Positions 38,124 through 47,300 of a DNA stretch of 64,000 bases are shown in pieces (the stretch's first letter is position 1; the number at the start of each line of letters is the position of its first letter). Under the pieces are notes generated by a model. That model saw nothing but the letters and a program-made list of their open reading frames with translations. It had not been told where the DNA came from and made no database searches. The translations under genes and the position numbers were made by a program. The DNA is taken from positions 40,509 through 104,508 of the forward strand of contig JARKPN010000166.1 of assembly GCA_029975275.1 (NCBI GenBank), written 5' to 3'. The DNA is from Geobacteraceae bacterium (lineage in GTDB: Bacteria > Desulfobacterota > Desulfuromonadia > Geobacterales > Geobacteraceae).

Positions 38124-38570
38124 TTATTCGCAAACTATCGACTCAATTTGCAGAAAGGTCCCGGATTTTGTTAGTTTTAATGTTAGCCTGCAGCGTTTTG
38201 CGCCCTTAGGCAGCCGTTTTGTAAGGACCGCGTTTGTATTATGGTAAGTACAGGAAAGCCAGAACCCGTCTGGATTCTCACCGGGAAACAACCATGTTGA
38301 AACAGATTTTCCTTTTTTGTTAATTGCCTTGTCTGGCACAAGAGTAGCTAAACCTGAAGGGTGTCCGCTGCTGAACATAACATTGTCGACATAATGCTCT
38401 CTTGGCACAACATAACCTTCCCAATTCTCGGGGGACGTTACAACCTTCTCCGAAACGTTTATGCTCGGAGGGCATTGAATGTTTTCGGCATTGGCACTAA
38501 TAGGTAATGAGAAAATAACCGAAATTAATAACAATATGTATTTCGACGGAGGGTGGGTATTTGGTTTCAT
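38124..38570 (-). CDS. Periplasmic STY0301-like protein, putative cognate immunity protein
   Basis: The start is at MKPNTHPP, preceded by a GGAGA RBS. The signal peptide ends ISANA. The mature part (IQCPPSI...NWEGY...FSSGHPSGLATLVPD...WLSCTYHNTNAVLTKRLP...C) matches my recollection of the STY0301 family. It lies directly downstream of the effector-like gene. Confidence 0.6.
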   Translation of the reverse strand: MKPNTHPPSKYILLLISVIFSLPISANAENIQCPPSINVSEKVVTSPENWEGYVVPREHYVDNVMFSSGHPSGLATLVPDKAINKKGKSVSTWLFPGENPDGFWLSCTYHNTNAVLTKRLPKGAKRCRLTLKLTKSGTFLQIESIVCE

Positions 38571-38615
38571 TTTATGTCTCCATATCAGGTTTGATGCATA
38601 CAAGAATCCATCAAA

Positions 38616-39008
38616 TCATTCAATTACATAGAAACTATCCCCATCGTTGCTTCGCTTTGTTCCTTTAGGGCGATTGAAGTTTATCGTTCTAATCTGCACT
38701 TCACCCTGATTGTTCTATTGATCGAGCACCTTAATCCCTTGTTTGTCGTGTGAAAGATATATAGCCGCATGTCTCCCCTGAGCGTCGGTCGGGTAGCTTC
38801 CACTTCCGTCGAACGTAGCAATTGCTGTCCCGCGAGGAATTGCCCCATGGGAAGCGTCTTTAACCTTTATGCCCTTTCTCCACGCGAGTGTTGCAGGTGC
38901 GCCTGTAGCTTGTTGAATAAACTCAACGCACTCAGTATTTCCCTTTTTATTTACAAACTTCTTTTTCCCATATACGCTGCTTTCCGGGATACGTAATGTG
39001 TAAGCCAT
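38616..39008 (-). pseudogene. BPSL0067-like small putative T6SS effector (Cys/His hydrolase-like), interrupted by an in-frame TAG at 38715-38717
   Basis: The strong RBS reads gcaaggaggttctATG. The translation is MAYTLRIPESSVYGKKKFVNKKGNTECVEFIQQATGAPATLAWRKGIKV...GTAIATFDGSGSYPTDAQGRHAAIYLSHDKQGIKVLDQ, then TAG, then in frame NNQGEVQIRTINFNRPKGTKRSNDGDSFYVIE and TGA. There is no signal peptide. Confidence 0.7.
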
Positions 39009-39795
39009 AGAACCTCCTTGCTCATTATGCTACTATTTCAGCGATTTGTATTGGTCTTGTGACGGAGCCAAGCAACCATCCCTAAGGAGCTCAAATACTT
39101 CAGGTTGTATCTTAACAACGTATTTCTAAATATTGTCGATCGCCAATATTCTGTTGCTCTGACATACTTAGCTGAGACATGGTTATTTCTCCTTTGCTTT
39201 GATTGAAAACAATATTTGTTTGAACTTAGTTGTATCGATATTGCTTTTTATCCTAATAGCAAGTTTAACTGGGAGGTATCACTCGTTTCAGTTCCAATTA
39301 CGATAGGTGGGGCATTATTATATTTAAAGACAGTTACTGTGCTGCCAAGACTAACCCATATGACATTGGCGGGAATTGTGACCACAAATTGTTCTGATTT
39401 TACTTTAACGCCTCGTTTTTGTGATGTTTTTCCCATGACAGGGTGTCGGCTATCACAAAACATCCTCTTTTTTCACACAGTAGCAATTTCTGAACCTGTT
39501 GAACTTTTTCAACAAAAACCACGTCGTTTGCCATAAAAGCGAACAGCACAAGCACTGTAAGTAATGTTTTCACAGCTATCTATCCTCTAACCAATGACGA
39601 TATAAGTGTTAAAATATAAATATTTTATATATTAATTATAATTAAATTACATAGTTGCAAAAAAATCGTCTTACTACGAGGTGTTACGGGTATAACACTC
39701 GACTTGTCTGGTATGAACCACCACATCTCTTAAGCATACCTGAATAATTGAAATCTGAGTCGAAGCCACCTTAGACGATAGATGCGGATTTCGTA

Positions 39796-39813
39796 GGGGC
39801 AACTAATTGCCCC
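39796..39813 (-). terminator. Short hairpin just downstream of tssC
   Basis: ggggcaa-ctaa-ttgcccc forms a 7-bp stem 33 nt past the tssC stop. There is no U-tract. Confidence 0.3.
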
Positions 39814-39845
39814 CACGGTTGTCTCAGCTCGTAGGCAAAACAAGA

Positions 39846-41342
39846 TCACGCCGCATTGACCTCTTTATCCAACTTACCCACCAGCGACAGCGTAAAATAC
39901 GCTCCCATGTACTTGAAGTGCGGCCTGACCTTCAGCGACACCCGGTACCAGCCGGGTTCGCCGGGAACTTCCTCGACCGAGATCTCCGCCTGGCGAAGGG
40001 GCCTGCGGCTTCTCACGCCCGGCATGGGGTTATCCATGTCAGAGACGTACTGGCGGATCCAGTTGTTCAGTTCCAGTTCCAGGTCGCTCCGTTCCTTCCA
40101 CGTGCCGATGTTTTCCCGCTGGATGACCTTGAGATAATGGGCCAGGCGGCTGATGATGAACATGTACGGGAGCTGCAGTCCGAGTTTGTAGTTGAGCTCG
40201 GCCTCTTTCCCCTCCTTGCTGATGCCGAAGTATTTCGGCTTCTGGACCGAGTTGGCCGAGAAGAAGGCCGCGTTGTCGCTCCCCTTGCGCATGGTGAGGG
40301 CAATAAAGCCTTCCTCGGCCAGTTCGAATTCCCTTCGCTCGGAAATGAGAACTTCGGTGGGAATCTTGGTCTGAATGGCGCCCATGGCCTCGTACTGGTG
40401 CAGCGGCAGGTCCTCCACCGCTCCGCCTCCCTGGGGTCCGATGATGTTGGCGCACCAGCGATAATTGGCGAAGCTGTCGGCAATCCGAGTGGCAAAGGCA
40501 AAGGCCGCATTGCCCCAGTTGTAATGCCTGTGGCTCGCGGACACGTCTTCCTGATAGTTGAAGCTCTTGACCGGCAGGGTATCGAGGCCGTACGGCAGGC
40601 GGAGCAGGAAGCGGGGGAGGGTGAGGCCTACATAGCGGGCGTCCTCGGTCTCACGGAATGATTGCCACTTGATATACTGTGGGCCTTCCATTATGGATTT
40701 GATGTCCTTGAGAGTCGGAAGGGTATTGAAATCCTCGATGCCGAAGAACTCCGGGGCTACCGCGGCTACAAAAGGCGTATGGGACATGGCAGCCACTGCG
40801 GCGGTGTATTGAAGCAGCCTCATGTCCTGCGGTCCGGCGTCGAACTCGTAGTTTCCTATCATGCAGCCATAGGGTTTGCCCCCGAACTGGCCGTACTCGT
40901 TGGTATATACGATCTTGTAGAGCCCTGACTTGACGATCTCGGTGGCGTCCTCGAAGTCCTCCAGCAATTCGTCCTTGGTGACGTGGAGTATCTCCAGCTT
41001 GGTATTCTCCCTGAAGTCGGTCCTGTCCATGAGGAATTCCAGCGATCGCCAGGCCGATTCAATCTGTTGGAACTCAAGGTTATGGAGTATTTCATCCACC
41101 TGAAGGCTCAGCTTGCGGTCTATCTCGGCTATCATACCGTCGAGACTGGCCTTGGACACCTTTGCCGCTTCACGTCCCGGTTCCAGAAGCTGGGAGATCA
41201 GGGCTTCCACCCCCTTGCGGGTGATGGAATAGGCTTCGTCCGCCGGCCTGAGCCTGGTGGCCTGGACAATCTCCTCCAGGAGCGATTCCTGCAGTACCTC
41301 CTGCTTCTCGACGATTTGAGGATTTTCCTGGTTCGTGTTCAT
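39846..41342 (-). CDS. tssC: T6SS contractile sheath large subunit TssC
   Basis: 498 aa with VipB/TssC family-wide motifs (PYGCMIGNYEF, RLPYG, GPQGGGAVEDLP, YRVSLKVRPHFKY). Confidence 0.95.
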   Translation of the reverse strand: MNTNQENPQIVEKQEVLQESLLEEIVQATRLRPADEAYSITRKGVEALISQLLEPGREAAKVSKASLDGMIAEIDRKLSLQVDEILHNLEFQQIESAWRSLEFLMDRTDFRENTKLEILHVTKDELLEDFEDATEIVKSGLYKIVYTNEYGQFGGKPYGCMIGNYEFDAGPQDMRLLQYTAAVAAMSHTPFVAAVAPEFFGIEDFNTLPTLKDIKSIMEGPQYIKWQSFRETEDARYVGLTLPRFLLRLPYGLDTLPVKSFNYQEDVSASHRHYNWGNAAFAFATRIADSFANYRWCANIIGPQGGGAVEDLPLHQYEAMGAIQTKIPTEVLISERREFELAEEGFIALTMRKGSDNAAFFSANSVQKPKYFGISKEGKEAELNYKLGLQLPYMFIISRLAHYLKVIQRENIGTWKERSDLELELNNWIRQYVSDMDNPMPGVRSRRPLRQAEISVEEVPGEPGWYRVSLKVRPHFKYMGAYFTLSLVGKLDKEVNAA

Positions 41343-41351
41343 GTCTCCTCC

Positions 41352-41837
41352 TTATCCTTCCAGTCCGATTTCAGCCAGAAGTCTCTGGCGGGATGCGTCG
41401 TCCCTGATGAGCGCCTGGATCTTTTTCCTGAACTCGGGGACATTGGAGAGCGGTCCCTTGAGGGCGCGCAATGCCTCCCGCAGCTCGAGAAGACGCTTCA
41501 ACTCCGGCACCTGCTCCACAATCGCCTCGGGGCCGAAATCCTTCATCTTCTCGACCCGAAGACTGACGTTCAATTCGTGGTCCTTGTCCTCGGCGAGCCG
41601 GTTGGGCACCGAGAAATTCAGGGTGATATTCCGGGCCTTGAGGACTTCATTGAAGTTGTCCTTGTCAACGCTCACCGGCTCGCGCTTTTCAACCGGCAGG
41701 TCACTGTCGCTGCCGGTGAAATCCCCCAGGACCAGCATCTTGAGGGGGAGTTCGATCTCTTCTTTCGCGTCGCCGAGAGATGGGCGGTAGACGATGTTTA
41801 CGCGCTCCTTTGGAGCAATGGACGATTCTTTTGCCAT
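41352..41837 (-). CDS. tssB: T6SS contractile sheath small subunit TssB
   Basis: 161 aa. The VipA/TssB pattern is PKERVNIVYRP...ELPLKMLVLGDFTG. Confidence 0.93.
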   Translation of the reverse strand: MAKESSIAPKERVNIVYRPSLGDAKEEIELPLKMLVLGDFTGSDSDLPVEKREPVSVDKDNFNEVLKARNITLNFSVPNRLAEDKDHELNVSLRVEKMKDFGPEAIVEQVPELKRLLELREALRALKGPLSNVPEFRKKIQALIRDDASRQRLLAEIGLEG

Positions 41838-41909
41838 GATGGCCTCCTTGTCGGTACTTCGTATATGATTATCAGCTGAACTATCCGGTACGGCCTCTTG
41901 AGGCTTTGC

Positions 41910-44306
41910 TCAGTACTTCGTCAATCGAACCATTTCCGGCATGTCGAGACGCCCAATGCGGTGCAGGACATCGGTGGCCTGCTCCTTGAACCTCTGCTCC
42001 GCCTGGGCGCCCAGGGCAAGCCACGCAAGCCTCAGGCCGTCGATCGCCAGTGCCGGGTCGTATTCTTCGAGCCCGTGATTTTCGATATCCAGCAGAACCT
42101 GGTCGAGATGGGGAAGGGCAAGCCTTGATTTGCCAACCTCCACCAGCATCCTGGAAAGGGCCAATCTCCAGAGGAGTTTTTCACGTTTCGAGGATGATGA
42201 TTTCAGCTTCCGCTGCAACTCTTCCATTGCCTCGATCAGGTTTCCCTTGCGTATCAACAGCTGTATCTCTTCGATATTACGCGTTATAGCCGCCTCCATC
42301 CCGGGTTCTGGCGACGTATCAACGGGGCCGGGAAGTGCTTCACCGGACATGTTTCTCCTGAAAACCATGCCTTCCAGCCACTGCCTGGTCTCCGGGGTGG
42401 CAAACGGCGTTCCATCGGAAAAGGACAGGTTTTCGAGGCCGGGCAGACGGTGCATCAGAAAGGCGGTTTCCTGACACACGGCCTCATGGGCCTTTTCGTA
42501 TCTGCTCCCGAGTCGCGACAGGGCCTCCGCAGCCAGGCGGTTGAGGTCCAGCCAGAAAATATACTGGGAAAGCCTGGCTTCGGCCGCCTTGAGGAGCGCC
42601 TCGGCATCGCCTCGGTTGCGTAGGTCGAAGAGCAGGTTTTTTTCCGTTGTGGTCGGCGGCGGTATCCTGGTCCTGCCGTTTACCGACGGCGGGAGGTCTT
42701 CCACGGCATACCATGCGGCCTTTCTCGCCAGGCGGTAGCAGACTGGAGAGGCAGGATCCTGTTGCCATAGACAGGACGACGCCTCCATGACCTTTTTCAA
42801 ACCTTCACCCAGGGCATCGTCGGCTTCCTGCCGGTTCGTTATCGTTCTCGGGAAAGGTGAATCCTTCGGTTCGAGATCCCGCTTGACGGAGGGGAGGGGA
42901 GCAGGCTCCACCGCAGGTTCCGACACGGCATTCCCCGCAGGCTCATGCCGGGACGGTGCATCGATCGGTTCGGAGAACCTGCTGAAGAATTCCCTGATGC
43001 CGTTAAGGGAAGGGAAACTTTCCAGATGTTCCGACAGAAAGATTTCCAGCCGGCTGAGGTTTTCATTGATGAGCTCGAGCTGGAGAGTGGAAAAGGATGG
43101 GTTTGCGAGCTGTTTAAGGGCTATCCCTGCCTTCTCCACCCACCATTCAATGGCCCGGACGCGCCCTCTCATGCGGTGCTTGGATGGATAGAGGTCTTCC
43201 CAGAAGTGTTCCAGCAGGTCGAGATACAACTTCAACCCCATGGCGAAACCGTCGTTTCGGCGGGTATAGACCAGGGCCACGCTGAGATAGCCGGCAGCGA
43301 CCATGTCCTTGGACCTGTTCATCAGGATGTCGGAGGCGAATCTGCACACCTTTTCCCAATTGACCGATCCTGCCAGCGCCGGCGATGAAAGCTTGTCAAC
43401 CTCGGTCTGCAGTTCGTCGAAGGACGGATCATACCGGATGTCGGCTCCGGCGGGCTTGTCGGCGCTGATCGGCTGCCTGGCCAGTTCGGATATGTCCATG
43501 GAGAACTCCGTTCCAATCATGTTTTTCCAGAATGCGGCCGACGAAACCGACCAGAGCTGATTGAAATCCGAGGATTTCAGCGGTCGCCGATAGACGGCCA
43601 GATATGCTTTTTCCAGCGTTCCGCCCATGAACAGGGCACTCGGCATGCCCTTCAGAGCATCTTTGAACAGCATGTGCCACAGACTGACGTGCATAATCTT
43701 GTCATTGCAGGGCCCCCGGTCCAGGCTGACAAACACCTCTCCCTTGTCGCTGTTCGAAGCCGCCAGCTTTTTCAATTCCCGGTAGTCGAGAAAAGAAGCG
43801 TAGGGGTCCATGGGGGAACCGATCTGGTACAGGCCCTTTCTCTTCGAGGTCAGTGCATCCCACTCGGGGACCGGCGGCCTGACCGTGCGGATCTCCTGTT
43901 CGAGCTTTTTGAGATCGGTGAACAGCTGCGAGGCCAGGTATTCGATCTGACGCCAGGTCTTCTCACACGCGAAAGGAAGCAGATCCCAGTTTTCCTGCCA
44001 GTTTTTGAGGGCGCCCGTTCCGGTGATTACGAGCGGGTAGGGCCTGCCGAAACTGTCGCTGCTTACCCGTACGATTCCGCAGACCAGGAAGTCCTTGCCG
44101 GACTCTTTTGCCCAGAAACGCCATGAACAGAAATCGGGTGCGCTGTTTCCGTTGGCGGTCAGAAGCTGATAGCCGTCCTCGACCCAGTTGAACAGGCCCT
44201 CGAAAAACGGTGTGTCATCCCCCAGCCTGAAATAGTCCCCGGCCGCCGGATGTTTGCCGAACGCGGCCCACTTCCAGTTGTTTTCGCTCTCTATTGTGCC
44301 CAACAC
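41910..44306 (-). CDS. tssA: TagF-TssA fusion ORF (N-terminal TagF/DUF2094 domain reading without a stop into a complete ImpA_N/VasJ-type TssA)
   Basis: aa 1-269 carry the TagF hallmarks AAFGKHPAAGDYF, SWRFWA and DSFGRPYPLVITG. aa 270 onward begins MDISELARQPISADKPAGADIRYDPSFDELQ, a canonical TssA N-terminus, with its own GGAG RBS 6 nt upstream of the ATG at 43499. The C-terminal part is VasJ-like. Confidence 0.8.
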   Translation of the reverse strand: MLGTIESENNWKWAAFGKHPAAGDYFRLGDDTPFFEGLFNWVEDGYQLLTANGNSAPDFCSWRFWAKESGKDFLVCGIVRVSSDSFGRPYPLVITGTGALKNWQENWDLLPFACEKTWRQIEYLASQLFTDLKKLEQEIRTVRPPVPEWDALTSKRKGLYQIGSPMDPYASFLDYRELKKLAASNSDKGEVFVSLDRGPCNDKIMHVSLWHMLFKDALKGMPSALFMGGTLEKAYLAVYRRPLKSSDFNQLWSVSSAAFWKNMIGTEFSMDISELARQPISADKPAGADIRYDPSFDELQTEVDKLSSPALAGSVNWEKVCRFASDILMNRSKDMVAAGYLSVALVYTRRNDGFAMGLKLYLDLLEHFWEDLYPSKHRMRGRVRAIEWWVEKAGIALKQLANPSFSTLQLELINENLSRLEIFLSEHLESFPSLNGIREFFSRFSEPIDAPSRHEPAGNAVSEPAVEPAPLPSVKRDLEPKDSPFPRTITNRQEADDALGEGLKKVMEASSCLWQQDPASPVCYRLARKAAWYAVEDLPPSVNGRTRIPPPTTTEKNLLFDLRNRGDAEALLKAAEARLSQYIFWLDLNRLAAEALSRLGSRYEKAHEAVCQETAFLMHRLPGLENLSFSDGTPFATPETRQWLEGMVFRRNMSGEALPGPVDTSPEPGMEAAITRNIEEIQLLIRKGNLIEAMEELQRKLKSSSSKREKLLWRLALSRMLVEVGKSRLALPHLDQVLLDIENHGLEEYDPALAIDGLRLAWLALGAQAEQRFKEQATDVLHRIGRLDMPEMVRLTKY

Positions 44307-47300
44307 CGTGCTATGCTCCTTGGCGCCTGACCGGACATCGTCGCGGCCTGCTTCTTTATTGCACCGCTACCCATGAATTGATAGTTGACGGTAATATGTT
44401 TAATTCCCATCCGTTCGAGGGCCGTCCTTTCACCCGGGAAATCGCGTGCCGAAAAGGTCCTTCTCCCACCCCGGAAATCCCTCAGAAAGTCAGGGAAGCC
44501 GTCCGATCCCATGTAGTGCCTGGTAAGCACCGTATCCCCCACCTCGATCTGGAAGAGCACATCTCCGCAGGTATCCGGAGACCAGGTGAAGGTCCTGCCT
44601 GCGGGATAGTTGTTGTTGACGAGAGTCTGACTAGCGTTGCCGCATTGAAGTTCCAGCCGCGTAGCGTGGGGTTTCAGTCTCGCCTCAGTATTAGCGTCGG
44701 TGGGAAGTCCCTTGATTCCTACGTTGAAGTTCTGGGGTTTTCCCATTGCGATTACCGTGGCCTGCGCCTTGGCCCCTTGTCCGAGAAAACTGAAGAGCGC
44801 GTGTTCAAGGGGTAGGGCGCCTCCCAGCGCCTCCTTGGCTCCATAACCGTACATGTTCCCCTTCAGGAAGGGCATCGCAGGGCCCTTGGCGAAACGCCAC
44901 GCCAGACCGTCGGGTCCCACCAGCATCGGCATTGCCTGTTGTGGGGTCATTCCCATGGTCGGCGCTAGCACTTGCTCTTCCCACATGGATTGAAGCTGGC
45001 AGGCGCTTTCACGTCTCAGAAAGATCCATAGGAATTCCACGGGACCGTTTATGAGTTGGGAGAAGACGGGGTCGGTCTCGCCCCCGGCCAAACCCGTCTT
45101 CAGTCGGGCACCGGACGAGAATGCAGAGAACAATGGTGATTTCCCGTTTACCGGGTCTTCAGCGAAGGTCTGCGAGGCCAGTTGAAAGGAAAGGTTCCTG
45201 GAAGCCGTTGCTTGCGCGATGGACGATAGGGTACCCCGGTATTCCGCATACGACTTTCCGGCCGCTGATTGGGCCTCGAGTATTTTTGCGTCCGCCTCGC
45301 GTCCGATATTTCTGCGCAGAGCGCTGATAAACCTCCCCCCTCCTGACGTGACCTTGACAACGGCGCCCGTCTTACGTACAGCCCCTTGCATCTTGACTGC
45401 CTGGTACTGGTAGACCTGTTGCAGCCATGGCGGCAGGGAGCCTTCTGTAACCACCGGTTGAAGCTCCAGGGCAATTCTATTCAGCAGGGCGAAATAGGGC
45501 CCCTGTTCGGTTGACATGCGGCCCGCAACCTGACGCCATTCGGCAACCCCGCGGAGGCGACTCGCCCCCCGTGGAAAACCCGCAGCAAAGCCCTGCCAGG
45601 CCGAAACCGCTGCCCCGCGGTACCACTCCAGTAACGCCGCCTTGGCAGAGGAAATTGAGGCGGGTTCCGGGTGGGCGTTATCAAGCTCTGCCATCAGTGA
45701 ATCGATGGATTCCTTTCCCTTCCTGGTAAAAGAGGGAAGGACAGACTTCTCTCCCTCTGCCTGAAGGCTGCCCCCCCAGAATTCGGCGAGCGTTACCGAA
45801 GAAAGGCCGCTCTGGGTGTCTGTCCAGGCCGTCAGCCACTGCATGCTCGGGATCTTCGCGGCGATTGTCTGTCTGAGCCATGACTGGAGCACGGTCGTCT
45901 CCTTGTTCAGGTCACCGGGTTCATCACGCCAGATCAGATAGTAGAGATAAAGTGAGCCAAAGGCTTTTCTGGTCTGCGGAGTTCCGGCCGAACCGTCGCC
46001 AAGGAGGGAGATATACGATGGCTGAGGCATCGACTTGAGGACCTCCAGGTCCTTCTCTTCCTGTCGTGCTTTGAGAATGTTGATCCTTCTCACAAGATGC
46101 ACCGCAAACTGACCGTAGAGTTCATCGGGAGTGGAAGCGGAAATGGTGAGCAACGTACCGGACAGTTGTTTGTCATAGGGCGTAAGCAGGCCCTCCCGGA
46201 ACATGCGGCAGTATCTTTTCTTCAGAAAGCCTTCCAGCTTCAGACTTTCATTGAGCCAGAACCTCGGAAACCACCAATTGCTGTTCTTCTCTTCTACGTT
46301 AAGTATTTCCTTACGGAAGTTGTCCATGGTGACGAGATCCGCTTGCATGCCCCCGCGCAGTGACTGGGAAGCGGTGAATTCCCTTGAGACATCGCGGATC
46401 GTTTTTACGTTTTTCACGAAGGAGAAACTCAACAGACCGCAGAGCGCAATACCGAGGATGACCCACGCGGTGAGGCCAAGGTTGCCCGTCAACATGCGCC
46501 ATTCCAAGGCTTTTCGGGTCGGAGCAAGAAGGTTGCGGTCCCCGGGCAGCACCTTGGCGAAGAAATCATGGAGGAAAAGGCCCTTGTTGGTGCCGGGAAG
46601 TGCCTCTACCTCGCCGGTTCTGCCGAGAGTCCTGCTGAAGTGGGAGTGAGGATTTCCTTCCTGTCGCCCGCTGCTGAAGAAGATACCCCGCAGCAGTGGG
46701 GTTTCCTGATATGGGTTTTTGCGGAAGGCACCGCTCATGAAAGAGGCCAGGCCCTGTTTCAGAGTCTCGAATTCCTCGGGAAACAGGAGCAGCGCCGGAT
46801 CGGCCCCTTTGTCGGCGGGCTGATGCAGCAGCTGGAGACGAAGGTTTCTCAGGCGTTCGTCGATGGTGGCGACCGCATGTTCGACAAAGCTCTCCACATC
46901 TCTGGAAAGGTCCTGATTGACAATCCCCATGGGTTGGTCAAGGCTCTTGTCCGGCAGGTTCTCGCAGAAACGGTTAACCCCCTGGATCAGGTCGCACTTG
47001 GTAGCCAGGACATACACCGGAAAACGTATGCCAAGGGCGCGCATGAGTTCGTCAATACGCTGCCGTATGGTGCGGCCATACTCTTCCAGATTTTCTTTCC
47101 CGGCCTCCAGGAGCCTGTCGGCGGCCACGGTCACTATCAGGCCGTTGAGCGGTTCCATGCGCCGATATTTCAGCAGCAGCGACAGAAACCTTTGCCATTC
47201 GTCCTTGTCCCTTCCCTCGTTTATCGGTATGGCGTAACGGCCGGCAGTATCGAGTACCACCGCCTGCTCAAAAAACCACCATTCGCACTGCCTGGTCCCC

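Noticed and set aside
38715-38717. The in-frame TAG as pyrrolysine or programmed readthrough, or an analogy to selenocysteine recoding
   Set aside because: The position corresponds to a Trp (TGG) in my recollection of the family, so a point mutation is the simplest explanation. No pyl genes or recoding element are visible in the window. The idea is kept only as a check within the main finding.
39115-39180. 21-codon mini-ORF (MSQLSMSEQQNIGDRQYLEIRC) with a good RBS upstream of the effector gene
   Set aside because: It is too short to support from sequence alone. It could be a leader peptide, but there is no conservation evidence.
39807-41879. ORFs 39807-40661 (+, 284 aa) and 40983-41879 (+, 298 aa)
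   Set aside because: They are antisense to tssC and tssB, which are unambiguous.
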